64,000 bases of DNA from the human T2T-CHM13v2.0 reference genome, Homo sapiens. The notes below the pieces were generated by a model, which did no database searches, was not told where the DNA came from, and worked only from the letters and a program-made list of their open reading frames with translations. This document shows positions 58,677 to 64,000 of this stretch, piece by piece. How positions within the stretch are numbered: the stretch's first letter is position 1; each line of letters starts with the position of its first letter. The position numbers and the translations under genes were made by a program. The DNA is taken from the NCBI RefSeq assembly GCF_009914755.1, contig NC_060926.1. One strand, 5' to 3'.

Positions 58677-59442
58677 TAGGGGGCTGGGGGAGGGGGCGGC
58701 GGCGCCGGGAAGAAGGCGGTGGGGTCGCCGGGGGAGGGCAACACCTGCGTCCCTTTTCTGCGGGAGGGGACGGTGCACCCCCGGAATTGATATGCCCCGG
58801 GAGACTGCTTTCCCGTAGGTCGGAGCCTCATCTTCTAGTATTCTTAAAACCTCTCCCCTTTCAGGGCACTGTAGCTGTCGACTTTGTTTCAGACACCAGC
58901 CTTCCCCCACACTTCTGCATGACCCAGGTCACTATGAGACACCCAGACGTGTTGATGACAGTGACATTTGTCCTAGAGTGACCACACTGATCCTTTCTAG
59001 CACTGTGAAGAGTGTGCAGCTTCCTCTGAACCAAGGTTTCCAAAAGGTTTTGATATTGAAGAAGCAGTGCCGCCTTACTGGCTTTTAATGAAAGCAGAGT
59101 ACTGTAGTGTCAGAAAAAAAGAACAAATGGTGACAATTTTGAAAGAAATAGCTGCATATGACTGCAGTTGAATTTGCATCATTTTAATCAAGATAATCAT
59201 TTTATCAGTACAACGATTCCTGAATACTTTTTCAATGAAGTTATATTTAGCATAAAACTTTTCCCCCTGTTGCTTTGATTTTAATTAAAACAGTATTCCA
59301 AAGTAGCCTTTAATTTCCAAGTTGAAATGTTTGATGAATGGATTGCGTAAACTTAAACATACCACTTTACAGTAAAACCTAAAACAACTATGTATGTTTC
59401 TGAATGAAAGCAAGGATACTACATCTTTCGGGTTTCTTTTAA

Positions 59443-64000
<4,558 letters not shown>

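Overview
Human (primate) genomic DNA from the MEMO1-DPY30-SPAST locus on chr2p22.3, recognised from the encoded peptides. It holds the 5' end of MEMO1 (minus strand, CpG island ~3.9-5.7 kb), the complete DPY30 gene (minus strand; coding exons 33820-33855, 33678-33725, 23996-24138, 18591-18663; 99 aa), and the promoter, exon 1 and start of intron 1 of SPAST/spastin (plus strand, CDS 58257-58671). SPAST is head-to-head with DPY30, ~24 kb away. The rest is very Alu-dense, with older L1M, L2, MIR, MER5A, MER20, MER58, MLT1, MST and MER68-like relics, so almost all ORFs in the supplied track are Alu or CpG-island artefacts. I see no foreign insert, CRISPR array or clearly new biological system. The most notable non-obvious items are: an in-frame alternative DPY30 last exon (120-aa isoform whose stop codon and one poly(A) signal come from a MER5A transposon); a MIR-derived cryptic exon that could feed DPY30-to-MEMO1 read-through; an Alu-split RNY1 (Y RNA) retrocopy; an Alu-fragmented RAC1 3'UTR retrocopy; the SPAST overlapping uORF; and several unusual retrotransposition scars. 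Repeat family names come from recalled consensus sequences, not a search, and repeat boundaries are approximate.
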